Below are positions 1-9,108 of a stretch of 64,000 bases of DNA, piece after piece. Each line of letters opens with the position of its first letter. The stretch's first letter is position 1. Under the pieces are notes generated by a model, which was not told the DNA's origin, did no database searches, and saw only the letters and a list, made by a program, of their open reading frames with translations. The stretch is from assembly GCA_963713725.1 (NCBI GenBank), contig CAVQMZ010000006.1, positions 227,591 to 291,590 on the forward strand. The letters are read 5' to 3'. The translations under genes and the position numbers were made by a program. This stretch comes from an uncultured Bacteroidota bacterium (GTDB lineage: Bacteria > Bacteroidota > Bacteroidia > Bacteroidales > GCA-2748055).

Positions 1-815
1 ACCACGTCCCTTCTTTTGGAAGCGATACCGGCCACCACTTCGCGGGCCACCTTTTCCGAGGACATAAGCTTCTCTTCGTCCAGGTGAGACTCGTCGTGGG
101 GCTCACCAATATTATTCAGGGCAACACGCCGGATATTGGAACTCGTATAACCCGGATGAACCAGCATAATGTGCAATCCGGTTTTCCTGTTTTCGAGCCT
201 TAAGGATTCCAGGAAACCATCCAGGGCATGTTTGGAGGCGGAGTAGCCCGATCTTCCGGGCAAAGGGGTTACCCCGCAAATGGACGATATACCCACTATA
301 CTGCCACCTGTCTGAAGAATATGGGGCAGAGCATACCTGGCACAATAGACAGAACCCCAGAAATTTGTATCCATAACCTGACGTAATACTGCCATATCCA
401 CATCGCTGAAATTTGCCCTCATGGAAATTCCTGCATTATTAATCAGGTAATCAATTTTTTGAAAACGCTTGCAGGTGGTCTCTACCAGCTCCCGGCAAAG
501 GGACTCATCCCTTACATCAATCACAAAATGTGAAGCAACCCCTCCATTGTTCTCGATCTCCTGCCGTACAGCAATAAGATTTTCCTCTGTCCTGGAGGCC
601 AGCATCACGCTCACGCCCCTGTACGACAACTCAAGGGCGATGGCCCGGCCTATTCCGGATGAAGCACCAGTAATAATGGCTACTTTGCCATGAAAGGGAT
701 CAAATATATCAGGAAGCCTGTTCTCTGCTTCTTTTGAACTTTTTGCCACGAAATCAGGAAATCCGGGAAGCTCCCAGTGGAAATTAAATTTCGACCTGTA
801 TAAAAAGCTTTTCAT
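1..815 (-). CDS. SDR-family oxidoreductase, C-terminus beyond the window edge
   Basis: The frame is uninterrupted from ATG 815-813 to base 1. It is absent from the ORF track because there is no stop in the window. I translated GKVAIITGASSGIGRAIA (TGxxxGxG motif), NNAG and SGYSASKHAL (YxxxK catalytic pair). Confidence 0.85.
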   Translation of the reverse strand, partial: MKSFLYRSKFNFHWELPGFPDFVAKSSKEAENRLPDIFDPFHGKVAIITGASSGIGRAIALELSYRGVSVMLASRTEENLIAVRQEIENNGGVASHFVIDVRDESLCRELVETTCKRFQKIDYLINNAGISMRANFSDVDMAVLRQVMDTNFWGSVYCARYALPHILQTGGSIVGISSICGVTPLPGRSGYSASKHALDGFLESLRLENRKTGLHIMLVHPGYTSSNIRRVALNNIGEPHDESHLDEEKLMSSEKVAREVVAGIASKRRDV

Positions 816-945
816 CTCTGCTGATATTATTTGTTCTTCAACAATCCCACCCAGGCCCAGCTTTTCAAGAAGCATGCCAATCCAAGTCAAATATATAACA
901 TTAAATACAATGTGTCATTTTTCATTTATTTTATGCTTGACGATA

Positions 946-968
946 GTGAAAAAATGTCAATATGACAT
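946..968 (-). terminator. possible weak intrinsic terminator after the giant PKD gene
   Basis: Perfect palindrome ATGTCA-ata-TGACAT at 954-968, followed on the minus strand by TTTTT (946-953), 8 nt downstream of the stop at 976-978. The stem is short and AT-rich. Confidence 0.3.
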
Positions 969-975
969 ATAGAAA

Positions 976-1359
976 TCAATCCTTCTTATGCTGAATCAGG
1001 GTAACATCCCCCTTCAGATTGAAGGCTTCCCCATTGAGGAAATAGCCGGTGCATATGTACACATACACATCCTGGTCACATAGCACTCCATTATAATAGC
1101 CATCCCATCCTATATTCACATCGTCACTGGTAAAAATCCGCTCACCCCATTGTGTGAAGATTTCAAGGTGGTAAATGTCTACTCCCTTCCACAGGGGATG
1201 GAATATTTTATTGGTCTCCCTGTCGTTCAGGTTGTAATAACCACCATTGCCGCCATCCAAGAGGGGTTTAAAGGCATTGGGGAAGATGATGGAACCTTCA
1301 CCCTTTACTGTAACAATCTCGGGTTCAAAATTCTGTCGGTGCATCCATACTCGGTCCAT
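976..1359 (-). CDS. fragment: T9SS type B / gliding-motility-associated C-terminal sorting domain
   Basis: Translation IIFPNAFKP...IFTQWGERIFTSDDVNIGWDGYYNG...YVYICTGYFLNGEAFNLKGDVTLIQ matches the CHU_C/type B CTD pattern. It joins fragment 1305-3476 through an indel near the A/T run at 1326-1333. Confidence 0.8.
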   Translation of the reverse strand: MDRVWMHRQNFEPEIVTVKGEGSIIFPNAFKPLLDGGNGGYYNLNDRETNKIFHPLWKGVDIYHLEIFTQWGERIFTSDDVNIGWDGYYNGVLCDQDVYVYICTGYFLNGEAFNLKGDVTLIQHKKD

Positions 1360-3476
1360 ACATCCAGCGAGATATCATACAAGCCTACCTCATCGTATAG
1401 ATGTGAGGGATTCTCCTCGGTGGAAGTGTGGCCATCGCCAAAGTCCCACAAATAGCTGGACCCGTATTTTGACAGGTTATAGAGCCATACATGGTCATCG
1501 GGCAGCATAACAACATCATGCGATACCCTGAAATCCACCAGGGGCATCCTGTAAACCTCCACCTGGCGGTAGGTATATTCTTTCCCACCCTGCCCTGTGA
1601 CAGTCAGCTTGACATTGTACAGGCCATAACGTTCATAGGTGTGTTCCGGCTCAAATTCTGTTGAGGTATTTCCATCTCCAAATTCCCACAGATAACTTTC
1701 TCCGTACACAGAATGGTTAGTAAACTGCACCGTATGTGGTTCACAGCCACCTTCTATTGAGTCAAAGACGGGTATGGGTGTGGCGGCAAGGACACGAATG
1801 CTGTGCTCCACAGAATCGGAACAGTAGGGTGTCGAAGCACTCAGCCAGATCCGGTATTCTCCCCAGCTTGCATAAATATGTGCAGCCGGATCCTCAAGCA
1901 TGCTCTCTGTGCCGTCTCCCATGTCCCAGTGATAGTCCCAGTAACCTTCGTTGGTCATATTGGTGAAATCAACGGTCGATTCAGGATACATCTGGTGGGT
2001 GGGAGTGGCATAAAATTCCACATTGGGCTGGGCATATACATCAATGGAATCGGTATGGGAATCCACACAGCCATGCTGGGTGGTGGAAGTAAGGGTCACA
2101 TAATAAACCGTATCATTCCCCGAGAGGTTGAAATAGAGGTTTGAAGGATCTGTGGTGGAGGCCGAGGTTCCGTCTCCGAAGTCCCACATATAGGTTTCAC
2201 CCCTTGTGGATTCGTTCACAAAATAGGCGTAAAAAGGACTGCAGTCGCCGTCATTTACCGTAAAGTCGGCAATGGACCTGGGGTACACATAAATATCCTG
2301 CTGAACCGTATCGAGGCAACCAAAATCGGTGGTGGCAGTCATGGTGATTTCATAGGTGGCAATCTCCGCGCTCATATTTTCAAAAATGTGGCTGAAAGGG
2401 GCAAAGGAGCGGGTATCGATAAGGGTATCGCCACCAAGGTCCCAGCGGTACTGGTCGGCATTCAGGCTGGTATTGGTAAAGGGAACTTCGAAGGGTGCAC
2501 AGTCAATAATCCTTTCGGTCTCAAAACGTGCCACCGGTTTCGGGTGAATGGTAATCTCAGCCGTGATTTCACTTGTACAGTTGAATTGTGAAGTGGCCAG
2601 AAGATGAACCTGCCTGGTTAAGGGGGCCCCGGTAAAATTTGTAAAGGTGTGAACCGGACCATCTGCCTCACTTGAGGCTCCGTCCCCGAATTCCCAGGAA
2701 TAGATGTTCGCACCACTGGAAATATTCGTAAAATCGACCTCCAGCGGGTGACAGCCCTCTACCACACTGCTCGTGAATTGCGCGTTTATGGCAGGATATA
2801 CTTCCACAGTTTTGGTGACTGAATCGGCACGTCCTGCTCCATTTTCTGCCAGAAGGGTCACCTGGTAGGATGCATTATTCACAAAGCTGGCATTGATGAA
2901 GGAATGGTATACCGGGTCCTGGTTACGGGTGATTGTATCTGATCCATCCCCGAAGCTCCAGGTATCGGTGCTTCCTCCAATGGAGGCGTTTTGCAACTGC
3001 ACCGGAGAAGGCGTACAGGCAATATTTTCCTGGAAGGTAAAATCGGCTGTGATGTAAGGATGCACCACAATATAGATACATGGAATCCCGGCAAAGCAGA
3101 TTCGATCCGTTCCATCAAGCCAGACTCGATAGGTGACATCTGATATACCCAGGTTGTTAAAGGTCTGGGTGGGAAAAACCTCCTGGGAGGTGGTTCCGTT
3201 CCCAAAGTCCCACAGAAAGTGCTCTGCTCCGTTGGAAAGGTTTGCAAAATCCACCGTAAGCGGATGACATCCCTGCAGCTGGCTGGGTGCAAAATCCACC
3301 TGGATGGCAGGTTCTACGGTAATGGTTCTGGAGATCTCATCGGTGCACCCCGCGAAATTCTCTGCCACAAGGGTAATTTCATAATCCTGCTGGCTGGAAA
3401 AATCATTATTAACAAACTGGTGGGAGATGGGATTGGTATTAAAAGTGGTGGTATCCATACCATCCCGAAGTCCCAT
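1305..3476 (-). CDS. fragment: PKD-domain array (8 repeats)
   Basis: 723-aa ORF with eight WxFG(D/N)G repeats about 85-90 aa apart, each with conserved GC..., typical of PKD/Ig-like domains. Confidence 0.85.
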   Translation of the reverse strand: MGLRDGMDTTTFNTNPISHQFVNNDFSSQQDYEITLVAENFAGCTDEISRTITVEPAIQVDFAPSQLQGCHPLTVDFANLSNGAEHFLWDFGNGTTSQEVFPTQTFNNLGISDVTYRVWLDGTDRICFAGIPCIYIVVHPYITADFTFQENIACTPSPVQLQNASIGGSTDTWSFGDGSDTITRNQDPVYHSFINASFVNNASYQVTLLAENGAGRADSVTKTVEVYPAINAQFTSSVVEGCHPLEVDFTNISSGANIYSWEFGDGASSEADGPVHTFTNFTGAPLTRQVHLLATSQFNCTSEITAEITIHPKPVARFETERIIDCAPFEVPFTNTSLNADQYRWDLGGDTLIDTRSFAPFSHIFENMSAEIATYEITMTATTDFGCLDTVQQDIYVYPRSIADFTVNDGDCSPFYAYFVNESTRGETYMWDFGDGTSASTTDPSNLYFNLSGNDTVYYVTLTSTTQHGCVDSHTDSIDVYAQPNVEFYATPTHQMYPESTVDFTNMTNEGYWDYHWDMGDGTESMLEDPAAHIYASWGEYRIWLSASTPYCSDSVEHSIRVLAATPIPVFDSIEGGCEPHTVQFTNHSVYGESYLWEFGDGNTSTEFEPEHTYERYGLYNVKLTVTGQGGKEYTYRQVEVYRMPLVDFRVSHDVVMLPDDHVWLYNLSKYGSSYLWDFGDGHTSTEENPSHLYDEVGLYDISLDVWTEYGCTDRILNPRLLQ

Positions 3477-4081
3477 CTGAATATGGAGGCATGAATGGAT
3501 GAATTGATAATCTCAACCTCAAAGGGATTGCAATCCAGCATATCCGGCATGGTGAAATTGGCCTGTAAATAGGGATGAACCGTGATATCCACAAAGAATG
3601 AATCGGAACAGATATTGTTGGGGGCAAGGGATAACAATTTTACAGTAAATATGGAATCGACAGTCCCCGTATTGGTAAATATATCCCCCGGATTTTCAAG
3701 GTTGGATGTGGCCCCGTCTCCAAACTCCCAAACATAGGTCGATCCACCATCGGTATGGTTGGTGAAATTTACGCTGAGCGGGTGACACCCTTCGGTGGTC
3801 GAGCTCAGGAATCCTGCATCAATGCCCGGGTAAACGGTCACTGTTTTTACAATTTCACTCACACATCCATAATCATTTTCTGCGTGCAATATCACATCAA
3901 AATCCTGTGGAGAAGTGAAGTTGGTATTTACAAAGGTATGGGTCTGGGGCTCCGGAAGCAGTGTGTTGATCACGGTTCCGTCCCCGATCCCAGGTAAAGT
4001 TTGTACCGCCAATGGTAAGGTTTTCAAAAGTAACTTCAAAGGGTCCGCAACCCTGGGCATAGGGGAAGGTGAACTCGGCAA
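3314..4081 (-). CDS. fragment: PKD-domain array
   Basis: The central part (about 3470-3990) reads as PKD repeats (YVWEFGDGATS, FRWDFG). The ends are out-of-frame read-through. Confidence 0.7.
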   Translation of the reverse strand: MPSSPSPMPRVADPLKLLLKTLPLAVQTLPGIGDGTVINTLLPEPQTHTFVNTNFTSPQDFDVILHAENDYGCVSEIVKTVTVYPGIDAGFLSSTTEGCHPLSVNFTNHTDGGSTYVWEFGDGATSNLENPGDIFTNTGTVDSIFTVKLLSLAPNNICSDSFFVDITVHPYLQANFTMPDMLDCNPFEVEIINSSIHASIFRWDFGMVWIPPLLIPIPSPTSLLIMIFPASRIMKLPLWQRISRGAPMRSPEPLP

Positions 4082-4313
4082 TGATCTGTGGAAGCACGGT
4101 TATGGGCCAGGATACTGACTTCACACATTCCCCGTCAGCTGTGGAAGTTGTCAGTGTCACAAGGTAGGTCGTGTCAGAGGACCCAAAATTGCTAAAGGTG
4201 TGCACCGGGGAGTGCTCTACCGAGGCGGCACCATCTCCAAAATCCCAGAGGTAGTTGACCGCATTGACAGAAAGATCGGTGAAAGTTACCGTCAGTGGAT
4301 GGCAGCCCTGCAA
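3897..4313 (-). CDS. fragment: PKD-domain array
   Basis: QGCHPLTVTFTDLS...YLWDFGDGAAS...GCGPFEVTFENLT; the tail after NFTWD is out of frame. Confidence 0.7.
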   Translation of the reverse strand: MQGCHPLTVTFTDLSVNAVNYLWDFGDGAASVEHSPVHTFSNFGSSDTTYLVTLTTSTADGECVKSVSWPITVLPQIIAEFTFPYAQGCGPFEVTFENLTIGGTNFTWDRGRNRDQHTASGAPDPYLCKYQLHFSTGF

Positions 4314-4618
4314 ACCATCGGTGGAAAAACTTGCGGAATCTCCGGGTGAACCGTGATGTTCCTGACAAGGGTATTCGAGCAGCCCTCATCATTAAAAACA
4401 ATGAGCTGGAGGGGATACACCACACTGCTACTGCCTGTGTTCAGGTAGACATGTGACAGAACTGCATCGGAAGCATTGCTCACAGGTGTACCATCACCAA
4501 AGTCCCAGAAGTACTGATCCACCCCAATGGATTCATTGTTGATGTCCACCGGGAAGGGGTGGCAGCCCACCACATCCTCCACGGTAAAAGCCGCTTCAAT
4601 GTAGGGGTGGATTACCAC
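4292..4618 (-). CDS. fragment: PKD domain
   Basis: VGCHPFPVDINNESIGVDQYFWDFGDGTP...EGCSNTLVRNITVHPE. Confidence 0.7.
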   Translation of the reverse strand: MVIHPYIEAAFTVEDVVGCHPFPVDINNESIGVDQYFWDFGDGTPVSNASDAVLSHVYLNTGSSSVVYPLQLIVFNDEGCSNTLVRNITVHPEIPQVFPPMVCRAAIH

Positions 4619-4684
4619 ATCGAAGGTGGCCGATCCCGGCAGAATTCATCGGAGGTGGCCACCAGCATGACTGTAAATACCGTA

Positions 4685-5083
4685 TCATGCCTGAGTAAAT
4701 TCCGGTCGTCGCGATGAATAGGGTTTTCCCCGGTCGACTTCCCCCATCCCCAATTCCCAAAAATAAGTGGCTGCACCTGTGGAATTATTCTGGAATATCA
4801 TCTCCGCAGGGGAACAGGCCTCCTGGGAAACACGTCGAAAGCCGCCCTCAACTTCAGGATATACAGTAACCTCCCTCTGGATCTCATGAAAACAGCCCTG
4901 GAAATTATCCACCCTGAGGGAGATTGTATAAGTTTGCGGAACCGGTGTGCTATTTACATAGGTGTGCCTGAGTACAGGCCCGGATGAGTTACTGGTGGTC
5001 CCATCCCCAAAATTCCAGGCGTATATATCTGCCCCATAGGACTGATCGTTAATTATGATCTCGTCGGGGGGAACACTAGCCAC
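4685..5083 (-). CDS. fragment: PKD domains
   Basis: YAWNFGDGTTS...QGCFHEIQREVTVYPE...ATYFWELG. Confidence 0.7.
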   Translation of the reverse strand: MASVPPDEIIINDQSYGADIYAWNFGDGTTSNSSGPVLRHTYVNSTPVPQTYTISLRVDNFQGCFHEIQREVTVYPEVEGGFRRVSQEACSPAEMIFQNNSTGAATYFWELGMGEVDRGKPYSSRRPEFTQA

Positions 5084-5190
5084 GGTATCGTAGGCAAAGC
5101 TGGCCTCAATAAAGGGGCTGACCGTTATGGGATGGGAAGAGGTATCATGACAGTTGAAGGGTGAAATAGCAATCAGTCGTGCATCAAATA

Positions 5191-6147
5191 CTATATCCCC
5201 GGACCGAAGAGGTTCCTGTATTCATGAACCGGGTTTTCTTCCACAGATGAACCCCCGTCACCGAATTCCCATAACCAGGTATTTGTATCACCTGAAGAAT
5301 TATTTGAAAAGCTTACCTCCAGGGGCTCACAGCCCTCATCCCTGTCCACCGAAAAATCAGACTGGATTTCAGGAAAAACTGTAATGGTTTTGGTCAGGAT
5401 CTCGGAACAACCGCTTTCATTTTTTGCCAGCAGGGTAATTTCATAGTCAATGGGCTGATCCGTTGTATTGGTGTAAACATTGTTAAATACAAAAGGATCC
5501 GGGGGAGGCGGATAGGGCGTTGCCGGATCATTGTCATATCGGAGCAGGGGGGTTCCATCACCCAGGTCATACTGCCAGGAATAGGTGCCCTCTGACTGAT
5601 CCTCAAAACTTATCTCTAAGGGAGAACAGCCGGAAACCACATTGGTCTCAAAGTGGGCAACCACCGGTGTGGACACAAGCACTGTCAGGGGAATGGTACC
5701 GGAACCACAGGCTCCTGATACCTCTACGGTGTATTCATGGGGACCGGGGGGCAGGTTAATTGCAGTGGGTAGATTGATGTTGGCGTCATCCAGGTAGGTA
5801 TCAGGTGTCCACTGATAATTGGTTCCCCCGAAGGCATACAGTTGTACTGAATCCCCGTAGCAGGCACGGACCACCGATGAGTTTGTCCCTGCTACTGTGG
5901 CCCCCACATTCAGTCCGCCAAAATCAGAATAGTAGCCATAATAAAGTCCACCCTGGCCTGCGCCCGGGAAGCCATTGATGATCGCCAGGTGGAAGATGCC
6001 ACCCGTATTTTCCACCAGGTGCTGACCGATGGGCAGGACATTGGCATTAATGGAGTTTGTCAGCAGGGCCACCCAACCGTCACTGCCCTGGATTTCAGTA
6101 AAGGCCCCCGGATCGATGATGGTGGGCTCGGCATTTCCATCAATCAA
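5191..6147 (-). CDS. fragment: N-proximal region plus two PKD domains
   Basis: 318-aa ORF. The C-terminal half has SGCSPLEISFEDQS...YDLGDGTP and EGCEPLEVSFSNNS...WLWEFGDGGS. Confidence 0.75.
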   Translation of the reverse strand: MIDGNAEPTIIDPGAFTEIQGSDGWVALLTNSINANVLPIGQHLVENTGGIFHLAIINGFPGAGQGGLYYGYYSDFGGLNVGATVAGTNSSVVRACYGDSVQLYAFGGTNYQWTPDTYLDDANINLPTAINLPPGPHEYTVEVSGACGSGTIPLTVLVSTPVVAHFETNVVSGCSPLEISFEDQSEGTYSWQYDLGDGTPLLRYDNDPATPYPPPPDPFVFNNVYTNTTDQPIDYEITLLAKNESGCSEILTKTITVFPEIQSDFSVDRDEGCEPLEVSFSNNSSGDTNTWLWEFGDGGSSVEENPVHEYRNLFGPGI

Positions 6148-6176
6148 AAATTTGTCCTCATTCCCTTTCTCTGTAA

Positions 6177-7031
6177 TCAGGAAAAAATAAAAAATATTCT
6201 CTCCCTGCCTGGCCCGGGTAAAAGCCAGCTGTGTATTACCCGTACAACCAATGGCCGGAACCAGGGCCCCGCCCGGGTCTGGTTTGAAAGGGCATGCTGA
6301 TAGACATAAATCGGTTTGGTCGCATCACCCGGGTTGGCCCTGGAGGTGATCCTGGCATACTTTGAACCATTGGGAACCACAATCAGTCCCTGTTCACCCT
6401 GGTTCAGGGTGGTATAGGGGGTGGAACCAATGGGCAGGCCGTCGGAATTGGTCACATAGATATTTGTATTATCCTCCGTGGCAACCACATAAATATGGTT
6501 GGGATTTTTTATGTCCGGTACAATATAATTATCTCCGATGATGTTCACCGGTACCAGCTGGTCGCCTGTCACGGGCTGTCCCTGGGATCCCGTATTCAGT
6601 GCATCATCCTTTATACAAACACTGATGGGCTTGGTGGATTCGATCCGTGTACCGGCAAGGCGATCGGCTGCCAATATGCTGTAGTTTCGTGGGAAGAGTG
6701 AGAAGGTCTGTCCCCGGTTCAGGGTAAGCACATAGGTTTCGCCGGGAAATACGGGCGTAACATTTGAGCCATAACTGGCGCCCTTTCCTGCTGGCAGGGT
6801 GAAGGTCACCTGGGTATTATCCTCCGTGGCTACTATGTCGATGGCAGAATAGGTGCGTGGTGTCAGGTTCCGGTTCGGGTAAGTGGTCTGGAAAGGCGTA
6901 TAAAACAGGGTTCCCATACCATTGCCTCCCTTGAGGGTCCATAGATCGGAACCATAATCGTAGTTCACCTCCCAGTAAACATTGATCACATTGGTGGAGG
7001 TGATGTGCAAACCAAAATCGTTCGATCCCAT
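6177..7031 (-). CDS. fragment: N-terminal beta-rich domain of the giant adhesin (IgGFc-binding-N-like, tentative)
   Basis: 284-aa ORF with two similar segments: IDIVATEDNTQVTFTLP...GTRIESTKPISV and IYVVATEDNTNIYVTN...ARITSRANP. The family assignment is from memory only. Confidence 0.5.
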   Translation of the reverse strand: MGSNDFGLHITSTNVINVYWEVNYDYGSDLWTLKGGNGMGTLFYTPFQTTYPNRNLTPRTYSAIDIVATEDNTQVTFTLPAGKGASYGSNVTPVFPGETYVLTLNRGQTFSLFPRNYSILAADRLAGTRIESTKPISVCIKDDALNTGSQGQPVTGDQLVPVNIIGDNYIVPDIKNPNHIYVVATEDNTNIYVTNSDGLPIGSTPYTTLNQGEQGLIVVPNGSKYARITSRANPGDATKPIYVYQHALSNQTRAGPWFRPLVVRVIHSWLLPGPGRERIFFIFS

Positions 7032-7421
7032 CCGGGGTCAGGGGTTTATTTTCCAGCAAATTCCTGTTGGGATTGGCCGCATCATCCAGCAGGTGGGAAA
7101 GGTCGGCCTCTATGCCGGATTGGCAGCTATGTCCAGGATAATTTCCTGAAAACCGGTGGGATTCAGTGTGGCATGATAGGGATTTGCAGGCATGGTAATG
7201 GAGACCGTGGCCTCAAGTTCCAGGGTGGCAATTCTGAGCCTTCCCGGAGTACCACCGGTATTTCCACGATCGGAAATTCCGGAACCACAAACCCGAAATC
7301 AGTGTCCACCTGGGCATAAAGACCTGACGCAGAGCCACCCAGAAAGGATGACAAATACTGCCCAGTTAGGAAAAAAATTAAAAAAAATACGGCCCTTTTT
7401 TATCATCAAGCGGACTTCTTT

Positions 7422-7429
7422 CAAAACTA
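7422..7429 (-). promoter_or_regulatory. Bacteroidota -7 box (TAnnTTTG) for the giant PKD gene
   Basis: Minus strand reads TAGTTTTG, 15 nt upstream of ATG 7406. Confidence 0.3.
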
Positions 7430-7493
7430 TTTAAGCAACTATACGTAGAAACTCTTAGTTAAGTTATAAGGTTGCTTCAAATTATATAAACTG

Positions 7494-8255
7494 ATGAAAT
7501 TATATAAACCCTGTCTATCCCTCTTAATTAGTTTATTAACCCTTCCGGGAATCTCCCAGGTTTACTTGAGTGAAAGTTTTGAAACGGGATCAAAACCCGA
7601 AGGCTGGACCGAAGAGGGCGTTTATGGAAACGAACCCTGGAGATACAGGAACGGGGGTCACAGCCCCAATGACAACAACTGGCAGGAACCTGCCGATATT
7701 ATTGACATTACCCGGAACCCTCCGGCTGCATATGAAGGGACCTACAACGCCATTTTCTTCAAACAGGGAGATAACAATGAACGCACCAAGCTAATCGCTC
7801 AAGAGCTTAATATGCTCAGGGCCACCTCGGTTGAACTGACTTTCTGGCTGTGCCAAATTCCATTGACATTCGAAGGGGCTTCGGGATGGGATGTGCTGAG
7901 GGTGTATGTTAAGGTACCTGCGGAAGATCCCTGGGTTCTGCTGCATGAGTACCTGGATCCGGTATTCGAGTGGGAAGAGCAGAAACTGAACCTTCCAAAT
8001 CCTTCGGGATCCTATTATGTGGCTTTTGAAGGCCAAACACGGTGGGGTTACGGAACCTGCCTGGATAAAATTTCCATTGAAGAGACAGGAAACCAGCCCA
8101 TGTACATAGGGGAAATCGGTTTTCAACAGTCCTTTTCCAATTTTGTCCCTTCCGGATCACCCGATGTACCCATCATGAGCGTGGACTTCAAGGTTTTTGG
8201 AAATACCGATTCGGTAGTACTTGACTATATCCATTTCAATTCCTTGAATACTTAG
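7494..8255 (+). CDS. fragment: signal peptide plus MAM/choice-of-anchor-J-like N-terminal domain
   Basis: MKLYKPCLSLLISLLTLPGISQ is followed by ESFE...GW...LIAQELN...LTFW. The domain name is tentative. The fragment ends at an in-frame TAG. Confidence 0.6.
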   Translation: MKLYKPCLSLLISLLTLPGISQVYLSESFETGSKPEGWTEEGVYGNEPWRYRNGGHSPNDNNWQEPADIIDITRNPPAAYEGTYNAIFFKQGDNNERTKLIAQELNMLRATSVELTFWLCQIPLTFEGASGWDVLRVYVKVPAEDPWVLLHEYLDPVFEWEEQKLNLPNPSGSYYVAFEGQTRWGYGTCLDKISIEETGNQPMYIGEIGFQQSFSNFVPSGSPDVPIMSVDFKVFGNTDSVVLDYIHFNSLNT

Positions 8256-8784
8256 GATAATGATGTCGGAGCAATGGTCTAAAAATTTACACCACTACCA
8301 ACCAGACCTTTGATAAAAACAATCCACTGGGTTCGGCCACCAGCTTTTCATCCGGAGTGGCAAGCTTTACCGGACTCAATCACACACTGCCGGCCGGACA
8401 ATCCTACCTATGGCTGACCTGCGACGTGGAGACGGATGCAGGTCATGCAAACATTCTTGACGTAATGGTGGCTGAAAACGGGATCAGGGCCAATGGCTCC
8501 TGTATCCGTCATCTGATCAATCGCCGGATGGTTACAGGGAAATCTACGAAACCCGTTACCGTGAAGATTTTGAAGGAAACCACAACTGGGCCCTTACCGG
8601 AGAATTCGAAGTGGACACCCCCAATCGAATGGGGGGTATACCCGGCAACCCAAATCCCGATGAAGCATTCAGCGGTACACGTATCCTGGGAACTGATCTC
8701 ACCGGGCTGGGCGCAAGAAATTAAGGCCTTAATTATGAACCCGGTTTAAGCGAGGCCGCATCCTACCTGGCCACCTCCCCCAAT

Positions 8785-9108
8785 GTGGATGCCCTCTATT
8801 ACAAAAATCTGAACCTGTTTTTCTCCCGATACCTGAATATTGAGGTATGGGATCAGGCAGCCATTGAGATCAGTACGGATAATGGCACTACCTGGAACCC
8901 AATCTGGGAGAATAATTCATATCTAAGTGATTTTCAATGGTTTCAGACTCGCCTATCTATCCCTGATGAATATTCAAGATCGGAAATGTTAAAAGTCCGC
9001 TTTAAGCTGGGTCCCACCGATGGCTTTAATAATTATTCGGGTCAATATGATGACATCTACCTGACCGGAGAATTTATTTCCAGGGATGTGGGGTCTCCCG
9101 ATGGATAA
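8785..9108 (+). CDS. fragment: MAM-like domain tail
   Basis: LNLFFSRYLNIEVWDQAAIEISTDNGTTWNPIWEN...VRFKLGPTDGFNNYSG; it lies in the same frame as the preceding TAA-interrupted segment. Confidence 0.55.
   Translation: MDALYYKNLNLFFSRYLNIEVWDQAAIEISTDNGTTWNPIWENNSYLSDFQWFQTRLSIPDEYSRSEMLKVRFKLGPTDGFNNYSGQYDDIYLTGEFISRDVGSPDG

Larger units (their letters stand above)
976..7406 (-). pseudogene. giant PKD-repeat cell-surface protein with a T9SS type B (gliding-motility) C-terminal domain; reading frame broken about 8-9 times (pseudogene or sequencing indels)
   Basis: Nine consecutive minus-strand ORF fragments (976-1359, 1305-3476, 3314-4081, 3897-4313, 4292-4618, 4685-5083, 5191-6147, 6177-7031, 7163-7354) join head-to-tail in their real-frame parts. 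There are about 16 repeats with the motif W(D/E)FGDG...GC.D...ITV.P. A signal-peptide-like start MIKKGR.. is at ATG 7406-7404. The C-terminus has PNAF.P...GWDG...G(D)VTLI. Confidence 0.75.

Noticed and set aside
1305-6147. Regular periodicity of about 260-270 nt in the left part of the window as a possible CRISPR-like or satellite array.
   Set aside because: The periodicity is at protein level (PKD domains with WxFGDG). The DNA copies are divergent, there are no short identical direct repeats with unique spacers, and no cas genes are present.
8253-8255. In-frame TAG codons (8253, 17916, 25839) as possible pyrrolysine or read-through recoding.
   Set aside because: TAG clearly terminates intact genes here (15018-15020, 16516-16518, 50659-50661). 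No pyl genes were seen. The affected loci also carry frameshifts or deletions, so nonsense mutation or error is the simpler reading.
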